From the NCBI RefSeq assembly GCF_030028105.1, contig NC_092370.1, forward strand, positions 217,974,005-218,038,004: a stretch of 64,000 nt of DNA, read 5' to 3'. A model generated the notes under the pieces. The model was not told where the DNA came from, searched no databases, and saw only the letters and a program-made list of their open reading frames with translations. The position numbers and the translations under genes were made by a program. This DNA comes from Mobula birostris. Lineage: Eukaryota. Positions 24,922 through 38,071 of this stretch are shown here, one piece after another (position 1 is the first letter of the stretch; each line of letters begins with the position of its first letter).

Positions 24922-26660
24922 TATCAGAATCCGAATCAGGTTTATTATCACCGGCATGTGTGATGAAATTTGTTAAATTAGCAGTAGCAGTTCAATGTAA
25001 TATATAATATAGAAGGAAAAATAATAAATAAATTACAGTTAAAGATTTGAAAAGAAAAAAAATTACAGTATACACATGTTGAATAGATTAAAAATCATGC
25101 AAAAAACCCAGAAATAATATATATTTAAAAAGTTAAGTAGTGTTTAAGGATTCAATGTCCATTTAGGAATCCGATGGCAGAGGGGAAGAAGCTCTCCCTG
25201 AATCACCGTGTGTGGTAACAGTGAGAAAAGGGCATACCCTGGGTGCTAGAGGTCCTTAATAATGGACGCGGCCTTTCTGAGACACTGCTCCTTGAAGACG
25301 TCCTGCGTACTTTGTAGGCTAGTACTCAAGATGGAGCCAACTAAATTTACAACCCTCTGCAGCTTCTTTCAGTCCTATGCAGTAGCCCCCCCAACCCCCA
25401 TACCAGATAGTAATGCAGCCTCTCAAAATGCTCTCCACGGTACATCTATAGAAGTTTTTGAGTGTTTTTGTTAATGTACCAAATCTCTTCAAACTCCTAA
25501 TTAATTATAGTCGCTGTCTTGCTTTCTTTATAACTGCATCGATATGTTGGGACCAGGTTAGATCCTCAGAGATCTTGACATCCAGAAACTTGAAGCTGCT
25601 AACTCTCTCCACCTCTGACCCCTCTAGGAGGATTGGTATGTGTTCCTTTGTCTTACCCTTACTGAAGTCCACAATCAACTCTTTTGTCTTACTGACGATG
25701 AGTGCCAGGTTGTTGCTGCAACACCACTCCACGAGTTGGCATATCTCGCTCCTGTACATCCTCTCATCACCATCTGAGATTCTACCAACAATGGTTGTAT
25801 CATCAGCAAATTTATAGATCGTATTTGAGCTGTGGCTAACCACGTAGTCCTGGGTATAGAGAGAGCAGAGCAGTGGGCTAAGCACACACCCCTGAGGTGC
25901 ACCAGTGTTGATCGTCAGCGAGGAGGACATGTTATCACCAATCCGCATAGATTGTGGTCTTCCGGTTAGGAAGTCAAGGATCCAATTGCAGAGGGAGGTA
26001 CAGAGGCCCAGGTTCTGCAACTTCTCAATCAGGACTGTGGGATTGATAGCATTAAATACTGACCTATAGTCGATGAACAGCATCCTGACATAGGTGTTTG
26101 TGTTGTCCAGGTGGTCTAAAGCCATGTGAAGACCCATTGAGATTGCACCTGCCATTGACCTATTGTGACGATAGGAAAATTGCAATCACCAACCTCTCAA
26201 AGCATTTCATCACTGTAGATGTGAGTGCTACCGGGCAACAGTTATTGAGGCAGCTCACATTATTCTTCTTAGACACTGGTATAATTGTTGCCTCTTTGAA
26301 CTTCCGCCTCTAGCAATGAGAGGTCGAAAATATTCTTGAATACTCCCACCAGGGCCTTACCAGGTACTCCACTGGGACCTTCCACTTTGAGAGGGTTCAC
26401 TCTCTTTAAAGACAGCCTAACTTGCTAACACTGAGACAGAGATCACAGGGTCATTGGGTGCAGCAGAGATTTTCACGGCTGTAGTTATATTCTCCCTTTC
26501 AAACGGGCACAGAAGTTGTTGAGTTCATCTGCTAGTGAAGCATCGCTGCCATTCATGCTATTGGGTTTTGCTTTGTAGGAAGTAATATCTAGCAAACCCT
26601 TGTACATCTGATGTCGCCTCCAACCTGGTTTGAAATTCTCTTCACCCTTGAAATAGCCCA
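24922..26660 (-). mobile_element. Rex/Babar-like LINE (RT) nested in CR1
   Basis: [29 protein letters not shown]; 3' tail aataaacctgattcggattctga on the minus strand. Confidence 0.88.
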
Positions 26661-27149
26661 CCGCAAATCAGATGCTAACCTATCTCTCCTCACTGTCCCA
26701 GTGTTTATTGGAGACCTACAGAATACTCTCAATATAATGATGGCTCCCTTCCTGTTTCTGATATCTAACCACATTGACTCAGTAGACAAAGCCTCCTTGC
26801 TTCTGCAGATGTGATAGAATCCCTGATTAACAATGCCATAAATCCCTTCCACCTCTTTTACCTTCCTCCCTATCCCTTTTGAAACATTTAAAAGCCGGAA
26901 CATCAAGCAGTCAGTCCTGCCTCTGTATTGGCCACAATATCATCATTCCAAATCCCGATCCATGTTCAAGAAATCCGTCAAGAAATACCATGATTGCAAA
27001 TACCTCTCAGATCCCCTCACAATGTCTTCTGATCCACAAAGAATCACGATTTTTTCAGTGACTCAAATTCCCCATGCCTACGATTTTTTGATAAACCTCT
27101 TCTGTAACCTGTCTAAACCCTTTTATCTCTTTCCTAACATGCAACTTGC

Positions 27150-27490
27150 AGAAATGGGTACAAGACCAATTTAAGCAGCCGCTCTCCCTTAAGGAAATGG
27201 AGGTCAAATACTGGCAGCAGCTAGCTTGTGACAGAGACCACTGGAGAACGCTGATCCACAAAGCAGCCAAGAAGTTTAAGGAATCTGGGAGAGTGACTGC
27301 TGAAGAGAAGAGGAGACGCAGAAAGGCTCCTACTACCCGAACACCTACATCTCAGCTGTTCCCATGTCCCTGCTGCTCCAGAGACGGTAGGTCCAGAACT
27401 GGCCTTCACAGAAACCAACAGCCCTGCCGTCGCTCCTAAGGACTCTTCTTCCTTCCTGACTTTCGCAAGCGAAGAACCAAACATCATCAG
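27150..27490 (+). mobile_element. RTE-clade LINE 3' fragment
   Basis: DRDHWRTLI...FPCPCCSRDGRSRTGLHRN, the typical RTE C-terminal C2H2-like end. Confidence 0.7.
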
Positions 27491-27964
27491 TCACCACTTC
27501 TAAATCTGGATTGATTCTTCCTCAGCCTTCTCTGCCCCAAGGAAGACAAATCCAGCCTCCCCAGTTTCTCCTCACAACTAAAACGCTATCAGAACAGATA
27601 TTCCAATGAATCACATTGCATAATCTACTACACAATCTGTCCTTCCTTAAGACATATTACTGAGCTCAACTGATGTTTACATAATTTTACAATAACTTTT
27701 CCACTCTTATTTTCCAGAGCCAAACTAATGAAAACAAGTATTATATATGTCCTTTTAACCACCTTCTCTGTCTGTGATTCTTGGACAGATACATGAAAGT
27801 CCCATGTTTTTCTTTGCTTCCAAGGGCCTTCCCCTTCCTCCAGCGTGTTGTGAGTGTTGCTTTGACCCCAGCATCTGCAGACTATTTTGTGTTCCCCTTC
27901 ACTCTACCCTTACCAGCTCTCGAATTACATCACATTTTTCAGAATTAAGTTCCATCTGATATTA

Positions 27965-28415
27965 AGGATGCTGCCTGGTTAAGAGGTCATGCGCTATTAC
28001 AAGAGGCTGGATACACCTGGGTTGTTTCCGCTGGCGCGCTGGAGGATGAGGGGAGATCCGATAGAGGTTTATAAGATTATGAGAGGCATAAATAGAGTAG
28101 ACAGGGAGTATCTGCTTCCAGCGCTGAAATGCCTAACACCAGCGGGCATGCTTTGAAGGTGAGAGCAGGAGGGTTTGAAGGGGATAAGAGGGGCAAGATT
28201 TTTTACTCAGTCATGGATGCCTAGAATGTGCTGCCTGGTACAGTTGTAGAGACTAGAGGCTTTTAAGAGACACTTGGATAGGCACATGGATGCAAGGAAG
28301 ATAGAGGGATATGGACATTGTGAGGGTAGGAGTGATTGGTGTTTGGGCATTTTTGATTTGCTTTTTACCTGGTTCAGCACAATACCTGTTCCTGGGCTGT
28401 ACTGTTCTATGTTCT
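27965..28415 (+). mobile_element. CR1 3' fragment inserted in an older minus-strand CR1 (~27500-29750)
   Basis: aggatgctgcctgg...gaggtttataagattatgagaggcata...tgtactgttctatgttcta tail. Confidence 0.8.
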
Positions 28416-28702
28416 AAGCTCTATTTCACTGCTAATATTATCAAAAACAAAACTATAGTTCTATAGCCAAAGACTGCCCTCTGTACCATCAACAAACTCC
28501 ACTAATTTGAGTCATCTGTGAACTTACAAATATTATCTTGTACATTGTACATTCATATCAAAGTTCTAACAAGGGTCCCAGCCCTGCTCAGTGTGGTTTA
28601 CCACCAGCCACAGACTTCCAAATGCAACATCATCTACCTTCAATCACCAAGCTAATTTCAGATTCTGTTACCACTGTTCTGGATCCCATGGGCTCCAACA
28701 TT

Positions 28703-29410
28703 TAGACAACAGACAATAGGTGCAGGAGTAGGCCATTCGGCCCTTCGAGCCAGCACCGCCATTCACTGTGATCATGGCTGATCATCCACTATCAGTATCC
28801 AGTTCCTGCCTTATCCCCATAACCTTTGATTCCACTATCCTTAAGAGCCCTATCCATCTCTTTTTTGAAAGCATCCAGAGACTTGGCCTCCACAGCCTTC
28901 TGGGGCAGAGCATTCCATATATCCACCACTCTCTGGGTGAAAAAGTTTTTCCTCAACTCCGTTCTAAATGGCCTACCCCTTATTCTTAAACTGTGGCCTC
29001 TGGTTCTGGACTCACCCATCAGCGGGAACATGCTTCCTGCCTCCAGCGTGTCCAATCCCTTAATAATCTTATATGTTTCAATAAGATCCCCTCTCAGCCT
29101 TCTAAATTCCAGAGTATACAAGCCCAGTTGCTCCAATCTTTCGACATATGACAGTCCCGCCATCCCGGGAATTAACCTTGTGAACCTACGCTGCACTCCC
29201 TCAATAGCAAGAATGTCCTTCCTCAAATTTGGAGACCAAAACTGCACACAGTACTCCAGGTGTGGTCTCACCAGGGCCCTGTACAGCTGCAGAAGGACCT
29301 CTTTGCTCTTATACTCAATTCCCCTTGTTATGAAGGCCAGCATGCCATTAGCTTTCTTCACCGCCTGCTGTACTTGCATGCTTGCTTTCAGTGGCTGATG
29401 TACAAGACGA
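28703..29410 (-). mobile_element. Young 5'-truncated CR1 LINE
   Basis: Uninterrupted ORF2 C-terminus (QQAVKKANGMLAFI...GYGDKAGTGY); tail aataggtgcaggagtaggccattcggcccttcgagcc. Confidence 0.92.
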
Positions 29411-30294
29411 CCATTCTCCCATGTTGAATCTTGTCCAAGTGAACATCTGCAAGGACTTTGTAAGAATAATTTGACTTTTTTGAAGAAATTACTAAATTTG
29501 TCAGAGTCTTGCTTTAACAAAGTTATTGAACCTACATTTGATCGAATTCTGCATTTCAACTGTAGACTAATCCTGTCCTTCACTATTTTCCAAATAATCT
29601 CCCTGCCTGATGATAGATTCACTGCTCTGCAATTACTTGCCTTTCTCGAGTACAAGGTATCACATTCACTGACCTCCAGGCATCTGTCACCCTATACGAG
29701 CCCAAAGATGATTTGAAAATTTCTGTCAGAGCCCCACTAATCCACTATGTTAATAATATCAACAGAGATTAAGCCCTCTGACCTAATTTCAAAGACCTCA
29801 AAACAAAGAAACTGGGTGAAACCAATGCCTTTGTATTTCTGCTGTTAAAAAAAATTCAAAACTACAAAGGAGGAAAAGTGGCAATGAAATACCGGTCCCA
29901 ATTTCATTATCCTCAAATTCCCTTATTTGCATACCTTGATGAAGTATACATTCAGCAAAGAATTCGAAACAGGTTTATTATCTTTGCAATTCTGCAGATT
30001 CTGGAAATCTTGAGCAAAACACACAAAATGCTGGACGAACATTTGAAACATTGCTGTTTATTCCTCTCCACAGATGCTACCCGACCTGCTGATCTCCTCC
30101 AGCATTTTGTGTGTTGTTGTTGTGAAGTCTGTTGCTTTGTGGCAACGGTACAGTGCAAGCCATTTAAAATAAAAGCAGACATCAATACCAACCTGCAGAA
30201 AGTTGCGACCGACTTGCGCGACAAATAGTTTTCCTCAGGTTTTGGAACTTCAATATATCTTTTTGTAAAATCCTTGCCTTAGAATGATGCCACT

Positions 30295-30725
30295 GATATC
30301 TACAGGAAAGCAGCATCCATCATCAGAGATCTCCACCACCCAGGTCATGCTCTCTGCTGCCATCAGATAGAAGGTGCAGGAACCTCAGAACTTGCACCAA
30401 GTTCAAGAACAGTTACTACCCTTCAACCATCAGGACCTTGAATAAAAGGGAATCACTACTCTCATTTGCTCCATCATTGAAGTGTTCCCACAACCAATGA
30501 TCTCACATTAAGAACTCTTTTATCTCATGCTCTTGTTACTTATTGCTATTTATTTATATTTGCATTTGGACAGTTTGTTGGCTTCTGCACTCTGGCTGAT
30601 GTTTCAGTAACTGTTATAGTTACTATTCTGTAGACTTGCTGAGTATGCCCACAAGAAAATGAATCTCAGGGTTGTATATGGTGACATATATGTAATTGGA
30701 TAGTAAGAGTTACTTTGAACTTTGA
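30295..30725 (+). mobile_element. Rex/Babar-like LINE 3' fragment
   Basis: catccatcatcagagatctccaccacccagg...; tail tactttgaactttgaa. Confidence 0.7.
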
Positions 30726-31370
30726 ATCATGGGTGAGCACAAGAATTAGTTTGAATGGAACTAAATCAGCCACTAGATGGCCAACAAGCCATTGAGAATC
30801 AGTGCTAAAGGGGACAGTCACAGTTCCTCACTCTGTGCTAAACCTTAAAAGCTGGTGACCGATATAGGAAAGTTACTAAAAACTGTTTTACAAAACCAAA
30901 ATTAAAATTAGCACATCCCCCAGTTCCAGCACAGAACGTTAATGCTGCCTTTGTTCAATTTCACAAATACAGTAGCTTGAATAAACAAATCAGAAAGAGT
31001 CAGATGTGGCATCAACCAGATGTTCTGGGATTGCTGAGGCAGGCTTTGCACATCACTCAATTCTGAATAAACCAAGTAGAATAGAGAGTGGTGAGTGAGT
31101 GGTGGAAGGAGAGCTCAACACTATCGACGCACCTGTAAACACCACACTTGGAAACAGGGCTTTGTGGATTGGAAGGTGTAGAAGTTGGTGAGAGAGAAAT
31201 ATTAATCACTGCAACAGATGTGAATGAAGTCTGAAGTGATGAAGCCACGAAGTATGAAAGGCAAAACATGATCAAAGGTGAAACTTAATAAATTTAGACG
31301 AATACAGACTTTGATTAGGATCTTCACTTTTCTTTTTTTATGATCAAGCTTCAGGTGGGATCATCTAGAT

Positions 31371-31452
31371 CAGGAGTCCCCAACTTTTTTTTTACATCAT
31401 GAACCCCTACCATTAACTGAGGGGACTGTGGGCCCAAGGCTGGGAGCCCCTC
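31371..31452. mobile_element. hAT-Charlie MITE (82 bp)
   Basis: 8-bp TSD atctagat/atctagag; TIRs CAGGAGTCCCCAAC / GCTGGGAGCCCCTC. Confidence 0.8.
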
Positions 31453-31999
31453 ATCTAGAGAGCTGGTTATGGAGAGCATTAGGTAAATTTAACTGCATTC
31501 ATTTTTTATTTCAAATTGCAAAACTAATTACACTAAAGCTACTTAATTATGAGTTAGTGCACTCTGAAGGCTAATAAAGGAAGGACATGGGAAATTATTG
31601 GCATGGCCCTGGAAAGGAACAGTGATCCTCACGTAATTGGGTAGAGTGCTGCATTCTAGAAAACAGACCATATTGCAATACAGTATTCTGTAATACTGTC
31701 ATTTGGACTTGCATCAAAAGACACAAGTCGAAAAGAAAAAATAACTTTGTATTTACCTTTTACCCTCAATGTCTGGAATCATAAATTTTATTCTGCACCT
31801 GAAAATTTTGGAGAGTGAATTTTGTAAGGGCAAATATTTATGACATAAACAGCTGTGGGATATGGTGGGACATTAATGTACTTGTCCAAGGATTCCAGAA
31901 GGTGGCAGCACAGGAAGACGAGATGGTGAAAAACTCATCCAGACTACATTACTTGCTCTTGTTAGCAGAAGCAGAGAATGTAAAAGCAGAGATGTTATG

Positions 32000-32131
32000 T
32001 CCTGACGAAGGGTCTCGGCCTGAAACGTCGACTGCACCTCTTCCTACAGATGCTGCCTGGCCTGCTGCGTTCACCAGCAACTTTGATGTGTGTTGCTTGA
32101 ATTTCCAGCATCTGCAGAATTCCTGTTGTTT
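32000..32131 (+). mobile_element. Penelope pseudo-LTR fragment with hammerhead ribozyme core, inserted in an old CR1
   Basis: 9-bp TSD gatgttatg (31991-31999 and 32132-32140); begins tcCTGACGAagggtctcggcctGAAAcgTCgac. Confidence 0.85.
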
Positions 32132-34869
32132 GATGTTATGATACATTGGTTATACCATAGCTCAGAGCAGTGTGGACGGTTCTGATCACTACACTATAAG
32201 AAAGTCATGATTGTATTTGAGAGTGCAGGCACAGGGAGAGACTGGATTTGTTTCCTTTCAGACAAAGCAAGCTAAGGAAGGACCTGATATAGCAGTATAC
32301 AAAATCACGATGGGCATAGCGAAGGTAAAATTATTGGAAACTATCGCCCATAGCTGAGATACAAGAGAGACCGCAGATAGTGGAAACCTGGAGAAACTGC
32401 TAAAGAAACTCATTATCAATGGAGAGAGATGAAAAGTCGATGTTTCAGGCCAAAACCCTTCATCAGGACTGGAAAAAAAGAGCACGAAGGTCAGAACAAA
32501 AGGAAGGGGGATGAGATCCCATCTCAAAAATGTCTGAAATTAGAGGGTACAGGCATAAAAGGACTAATGGGGACCCAAAGAAGAAATCTTTCACTACAGG
32601 GTAGTTGGAATCTGGATGCACTACCTGTATGGGTGGTATAAATGGGTACTCAAAATATTTTAGTAAGATTTAGATGGGCACTTGAATTGCCAAGTCATGA
32701 AAGGTCACAGATTAAATGCGTGTAAATGACATTAGTGGTTAGCTGATGGATGGCAAGGACACAGAAAATGGATGTTTGGCTATGTCTCCTCACACAAAGC
32801 CAATTTAAATAATAGAAAAATGAAACTTATGACTATTAATTTTATTAAAATTTGTGATTTTTTATTGTTAATATCAAAATTTGACATATTAGGAGCCTCA
32901 CTGCAAAGTAATTTGCTGAGTTAGATCTTTTGATCTTTGTAAGGAAATTGCATTAGTTTCAAATGGAATTTAAATAGAACTGAGCAACAAAAACTTAAAC
33001 TTTAAAATATATGACAACTTCACCTAGAGAAACTTCAAGTTTAATTGTCGTTCATCATACAGCTCAAAATAAAATATTCCTCCATGGCCAAGTTGCAAAC
33101 CACAGTACCATCAGCACACAGCACATAAAGTTCCGACAGCAGAAAAAAGTACGGTCACAAAAACATATACAGCCAAGGTCCTTGAGTGACATGGTCTGTA
33201 GATTGATGGTGCATGGGATGTTGTCCTGGTCCAGCTAGTCTTTCACTGAGCGAACACTGAAAGGCAGCACTGGTGGGGAGGGCTAGCCCCAAACCTTGTG
33301 CACCACTGAGGCCTCTTCTCCCTCCCACACTGCCTTGGCAACTCCTCTTCTGGGTGGCTGCAGCAGGTGACACCGCAACACAAGGGCCTGGTCCACACAG
33401 CAACTGAGGCGACACAGCTTTCCGCGCCCCTGGTTTCGCTAACGAACCAATGAACGAGACCTGCAGTATTCTACATTACCAATATTCCACAGGGACTGGC
33501 GATCAAAATACAAACGTCCAAGACAATCATTTGCACCGCTGGTTGGACCGTGCACTGCTACTTTGTGATAGCAATGGCAATTCAAACAAATAAAATACCA
33601 AGCTGGAATTAAGATGAGCAACAGCTTTATTAGGAAATGTCTTTTCTCTAATTTTATTGTAAAATATGTTCAGTTACAGATTTTGAACATCACATAATAC
33701 AATCTAAGTTATTTATTAAACCTTAGTTATGCTTTTCAATCAATTAAACCATCACATACTCAAACAAAGCTTCTTTGAAAATCTGAACAAAGACAACTTT
33801 TTCCTCATGTCATATCTTAAATTACTTAATCTACATTAAGAGTCTCAGATCTAATTTGCAGTACTCAATATTTTCAGCTAACAGTCGTCATTGACTTGTC
33901 CCCAAGTAAATTCTGCCGTATTGTTGCTCAGTTCTGCATTATCTGCATGTTTGCTCTCAGTATTAGTGGCCCCTCCTCACCCTAACCATCTATTTCTGTA
34001 ACTAAAAGGGAAAAATCTCTTTCCACAGTCAATTAGTTTTTGCTGTCTTTATTTTAAACTTACTGGCCCGATCTGAAAGTGTGCATGCATAAATGTTGGC
34101 CCACTGAAACGAATTGGCAGTTAGTTTGCAAAGATTATTTACCAGAATCCAACATTAAATACAAATATATAATCAAAGGCATGTAAAATTTCACTTGTGT
34201 GCACAGACAGTATTTGTTCTTGCACCAAAATAAGTGACCTAGCAAATTGGTACACTCCACAAGTGCCAAGATTAATGGTGCCTGTGAGTCAATTGATTAT
34301 AGGACACAAGGCAGACAGTTCGTACACAAGGTGGTACATCTTAGCACACTTTTCCTACTTCTCCGCTTAAACAATCCAACGCATTTCTATTGAATACCAC
34401 AGTGCCCTTTGCCAGGCAAACGTACCCAATAGGGAGTGCTTGCAATGTTGATAAGATGGTATAAAAAAAAAGACAAACCCAAATATATCCCTAGGTAACA
34501 CAGAAATGGGTTTACTTTCAGTATCATTTACAAATCTTAAGCAGCATCAACCTCTCTCCAGCCACTATCAAAAACCCAAGAATGCCAAATTTGACAGCTG
34601 TACCCACTCTTGCAAAACGCAGTGCTGAGCAGGAATCAAATTTACATTTTCAGGTGCAGTATTAAATTGAGCAATAAATTTACTTGCTAGTCATCTAGCT
34701 TTGAACCAAGTCACTTTACAAAAGCCAAGCATATTGGAGAGCAAATTGTTGCCTTGCAATTAAATGGTACTTTTCGGAATATACATCCCCATTAATTCCT
34801 TGAAACCTGCTGTTGACATATGATACTCAATATAACTTTCAGTAACCTTTTACATTAGTATACATGTAG

Positions 34870-35938
34870 AAACATAGAAACATAGAAAATAGGTGCAGGA
34901 GTAGGCCATTCGGCCCTTCGAGCCTGCACCGCCATTTATTATGATCATGGCTGATCATCCAACTCAGAACCCTGCACCAGCCTTCCCTCCATACCCCCTG
35001 ATCCCCGTAGCCACAAGGGCCATATCTAACTCCCTCTTAAATATAGCCAACGAACTGGCCTCAACTGTTTCCTGTGGCAGAGAATTCCACAGATTCACCA
35101 CTCTCTGTGTGAAGAAGTTTTTCCTAATCTCGGTCCTAAAAGACTTCCCCTTTATCCTCAAACTGTGACCTCTCGTTCTGGACTTCCCCAACATCGGGAA
35201 CAATCTTCCTGCATCTAGCCTGTTCCAATCCCTTTAGGATTTTATACGTTTCAATCAGATCCCTCCCTCAATCTTCTAAGTTCCAACAAGTACAAGCCCA
35301 GTTCATCCATTCTTTCTTCATGTGAAAGTCCTGCCATCCCAGGAATCAATCTGGTGAACCTTCTTTGTACTCCCTCTATGGCAAGGATGTCTTTCCTCAG
35401 ATTAGGGGACCAAAACTGCACACAATACTCCAGGTGTGGTCTCACCATGGCCTTGTACAACTGCATTAGTACCTCCCTGCTCCTGTACTCGAATCCTCTC
35501 GCTATAAATGCCAGCATACCATTTGCCTTTTTCACCACCTGCTGTACCTGCATGCCCACTTTCAATGACTGGTGTATAATGACACCCAGGTCTCGTTGCA
35601 CCTCCCCTTTTCCTAATCGGCCACCATTCAGATAATAATCTGTTTTCCTATTTTTGCCACCAAAGTGGATAACTTCACATTTATCCACATTAAATTGCAT
35701 CTGCCATGAATTTGCCCACTCACCCAACCTATCCAAGTCACTCTGCATCCTCTTAGCATCCTCCTCACAGCTAACACTGCCACCCAGCTTCGTGTCATCC
35801 GCAAACTTGGAGATGCTGCATTTAATTCCCTCATCCAAGTCATTAATATATATTGTAAACAACTGGGGTCCCAGCACTGAGCCTTGCGGTACCCCACTAG
35901 TCACTGCTTGCCATTCTGAAAAGGTCCCGTTTATTCCC
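34870..35938 (-). mobile_element. Young 5'-truncated CR1 LINE
   Basis: SGVPQGSVLGP, KFADDTK, YCVQFWSP; (aacatagaa)n tail; atgtag at both ends. Confidence 0.94.
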
Positions 35939-35945
35939 ATGTAGT

Positions 35946-36178
35946 TTCTTGGGTTTTTGATAGTGGCTGAAGAGAGGTTGATGCTGCTTAAGATTTGTAA
36001 ATGATACTGAAAGTAAACCCATTTCTGTGTTACCTAGGGATATATTTGGGTTTGTCTTTTTTTTTATACCATCTTATCAACATTGCAAGCACTCCCTATT
36101 GGGTATGTTTGCCTGGCAAAGGGCACTGTGGTATTCAATAGAAATGCGTTGGATTGCTTAAGCGGAGAAGTAGGAAAA
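35946..36178 (-). repeat. 233-bp inverted duplication of unique sequence 34350-34582
   Basis: Direct reverse-complement comparison; I count 3 substitutions. Confidence 0.95.
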
Positions 36179-36242
36179 TGTAGTTTCCTTTATTTTAATA
36201 CTTAACGTAATTGCACATTAAAGATTAATATGCTTATGGTGA

Positions 36243-36425
36243 TACACAAAATGCTGGAAGAACTCAGCAGGTCAGACAGAATCTATGGAAATGAATAAAT
36301 AGTTGACAGTTCAGGTCGAGACCCTTCTTTGGGACTACTGCTGAAAGAGGGTCTCTGCCCAAAACATCAATTGTTTTATGTGTGTTGCCTTAGATTTCTA
36401 GCATTTGCAGACTTTCCCGTGTTTA
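36243..36425. mobile_element. Penelope pseudo-LTR-derived mini element with internal inversion (related copy at ~29990-30120)
   Basis: acacaaaatgctggaagaactcagcagg ... gagacccttc / gaggggtctc ... tgtgtgttgcc. Confidence 0.7.
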
Positions 36426-37199
36426 TGATATACTTAGAGTTAACTTGCTATTACCACAAAATTGACAGAAAAACTTTTGTATTAGTTACATGATGCCATA
36501 AATACAGAATATACAAACTAGGAAGAGAAGTGAGTATGCTAGTTGGCCCCTCAAGTATGCTCCACCATTTAGTTTTGTGGCATATCTGATTGTAACTCCA
36601 GTTGCATTCCTGACTGCACCCTGTGACCTTTCAACCTTGCCTACAGGAAGCTACGCACATCTGCCTTATAAACTATTCACAGACTTCCAGTCACTCAGTT
36701 TTTGAGCAAGAGTTCAAAAGCACCTTACCCTGAGAGAAAACATATACCATCTGTCCTAACTGCATGACCACCTTAATTTTATTAGTGACATTTAGTTCTA
36801 GATTATCTCAGAAGAGAAATAATCCTCTCTACATTCATCCTGCCAATACCTCTCAAGAGTTTACAGTATATGATTCACTTAAATCCACAAAAGAAGCTTG
36901 ATCTGTCCAATCTTTCTTCATAAGACAACTCATCCCTTCCCAATATTGGTATGGTAAATCTTTTCTGAACCAATTTCAATGCCTAAAATATTTGTCCTTA
37001 AAGACCAATATTGTACAGTACTCCAGAAAGTCTTCCATTCATGTCAATACATTACTTCTTACACATTTTAAAAAAAATACACAATAACCTCTGATGCAGC
37101 GTCTCATCAAATCCCTTCTGCAAATCCAAGTATAATGTCTTCCAGTTCCTCCTTCATCCATGATTCAATTTAATTCTTCAAAAGAACTCCAGAAGGGTC

Positions 37200-37370
37200 T
37201 GTACTGAGTTTGTACGTTGTTACCATGACCTCATAGGTTTCCTTCAGGTACTCTTGTTTCCTCCTATTACAAAGATGTACAGTCCAGTAGGCTAATAGGC
37301 CAAATGGGTGTAATTGTGTGGCGAGGGCTCGTTAGGCCAGAGTGGCCTGTTACCATACTATGTCTCCAAA
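37200..37370 (+). mobile_element. HE1/V-SINE-like element within old CR1 debris (~36500-37800)
   Basis: gagtttgtacgttgttaccatgacc...gtttccttcaggtactcttgtttcctcct. Confidence 0.6.
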
Positions 37371-38071
37371 TAATTAAAATTAATAAATACCTATGACTTT
37401 GCCTGATTCCCTTGTTTTTTTAAATAAGTGTTCTCCTACAGCAGGTTTAAAATAATAGCTTCTAACATTTTCAGTATGGCAGACATTAACTGGCCTGTAG
37501 TTTTCTCTTTTCCACTTTTCTCACCTTTTGAATAAGAGTTGCATTTGATGTTTTCCAGTTTAATACAATCTTTTCTGAATCCTGAAAATTTTTTAAATTA
37601 AAGTCAACTATGCCACCAGCTAATTTTTTTTTTAAAAGACGAAGATTGATATTTCTCAGGACTAGACAGTCCGCTCCTCTGATAATTTGCTTTCCTCTAT
37701 TGTAATTTTCTTGAATTTCCCCCTTCTCTCTGATTCCTGTTTTCCGCTATTTATGGACATGATTCTTCTGTACCTCCTTGCTGTCCATTGTTAATTCTGC
37801 AGAGGGAGCATTCTTCATCTCTATAATTAAGCAATAAAAGATACACAAACATTTTGAAATGTTTTGTTTTCGACTATATTCTGCTTACATGCTGCTACAT
37901 GCTTCTGAAGCTGTTGCAAGTAAGCTTTTCGTTGCACCTGTTCATTCATGCACATGACAATAAACTCGACTTTGACTTGACATTCAAACACAAGACCCCA
38001 CCAGGGCTTGATGAATAAATGTTTTAACTCATTGGAGAGTCACCAACTTGGTGACGTAACTACAAAATAAG

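Noticed and set aside
29400-29420. Inverted capture at the 5' junction of the third CR1 copy
   Set aside because: The junction resumes directly into the older host CR1; no inverted local copy seen.
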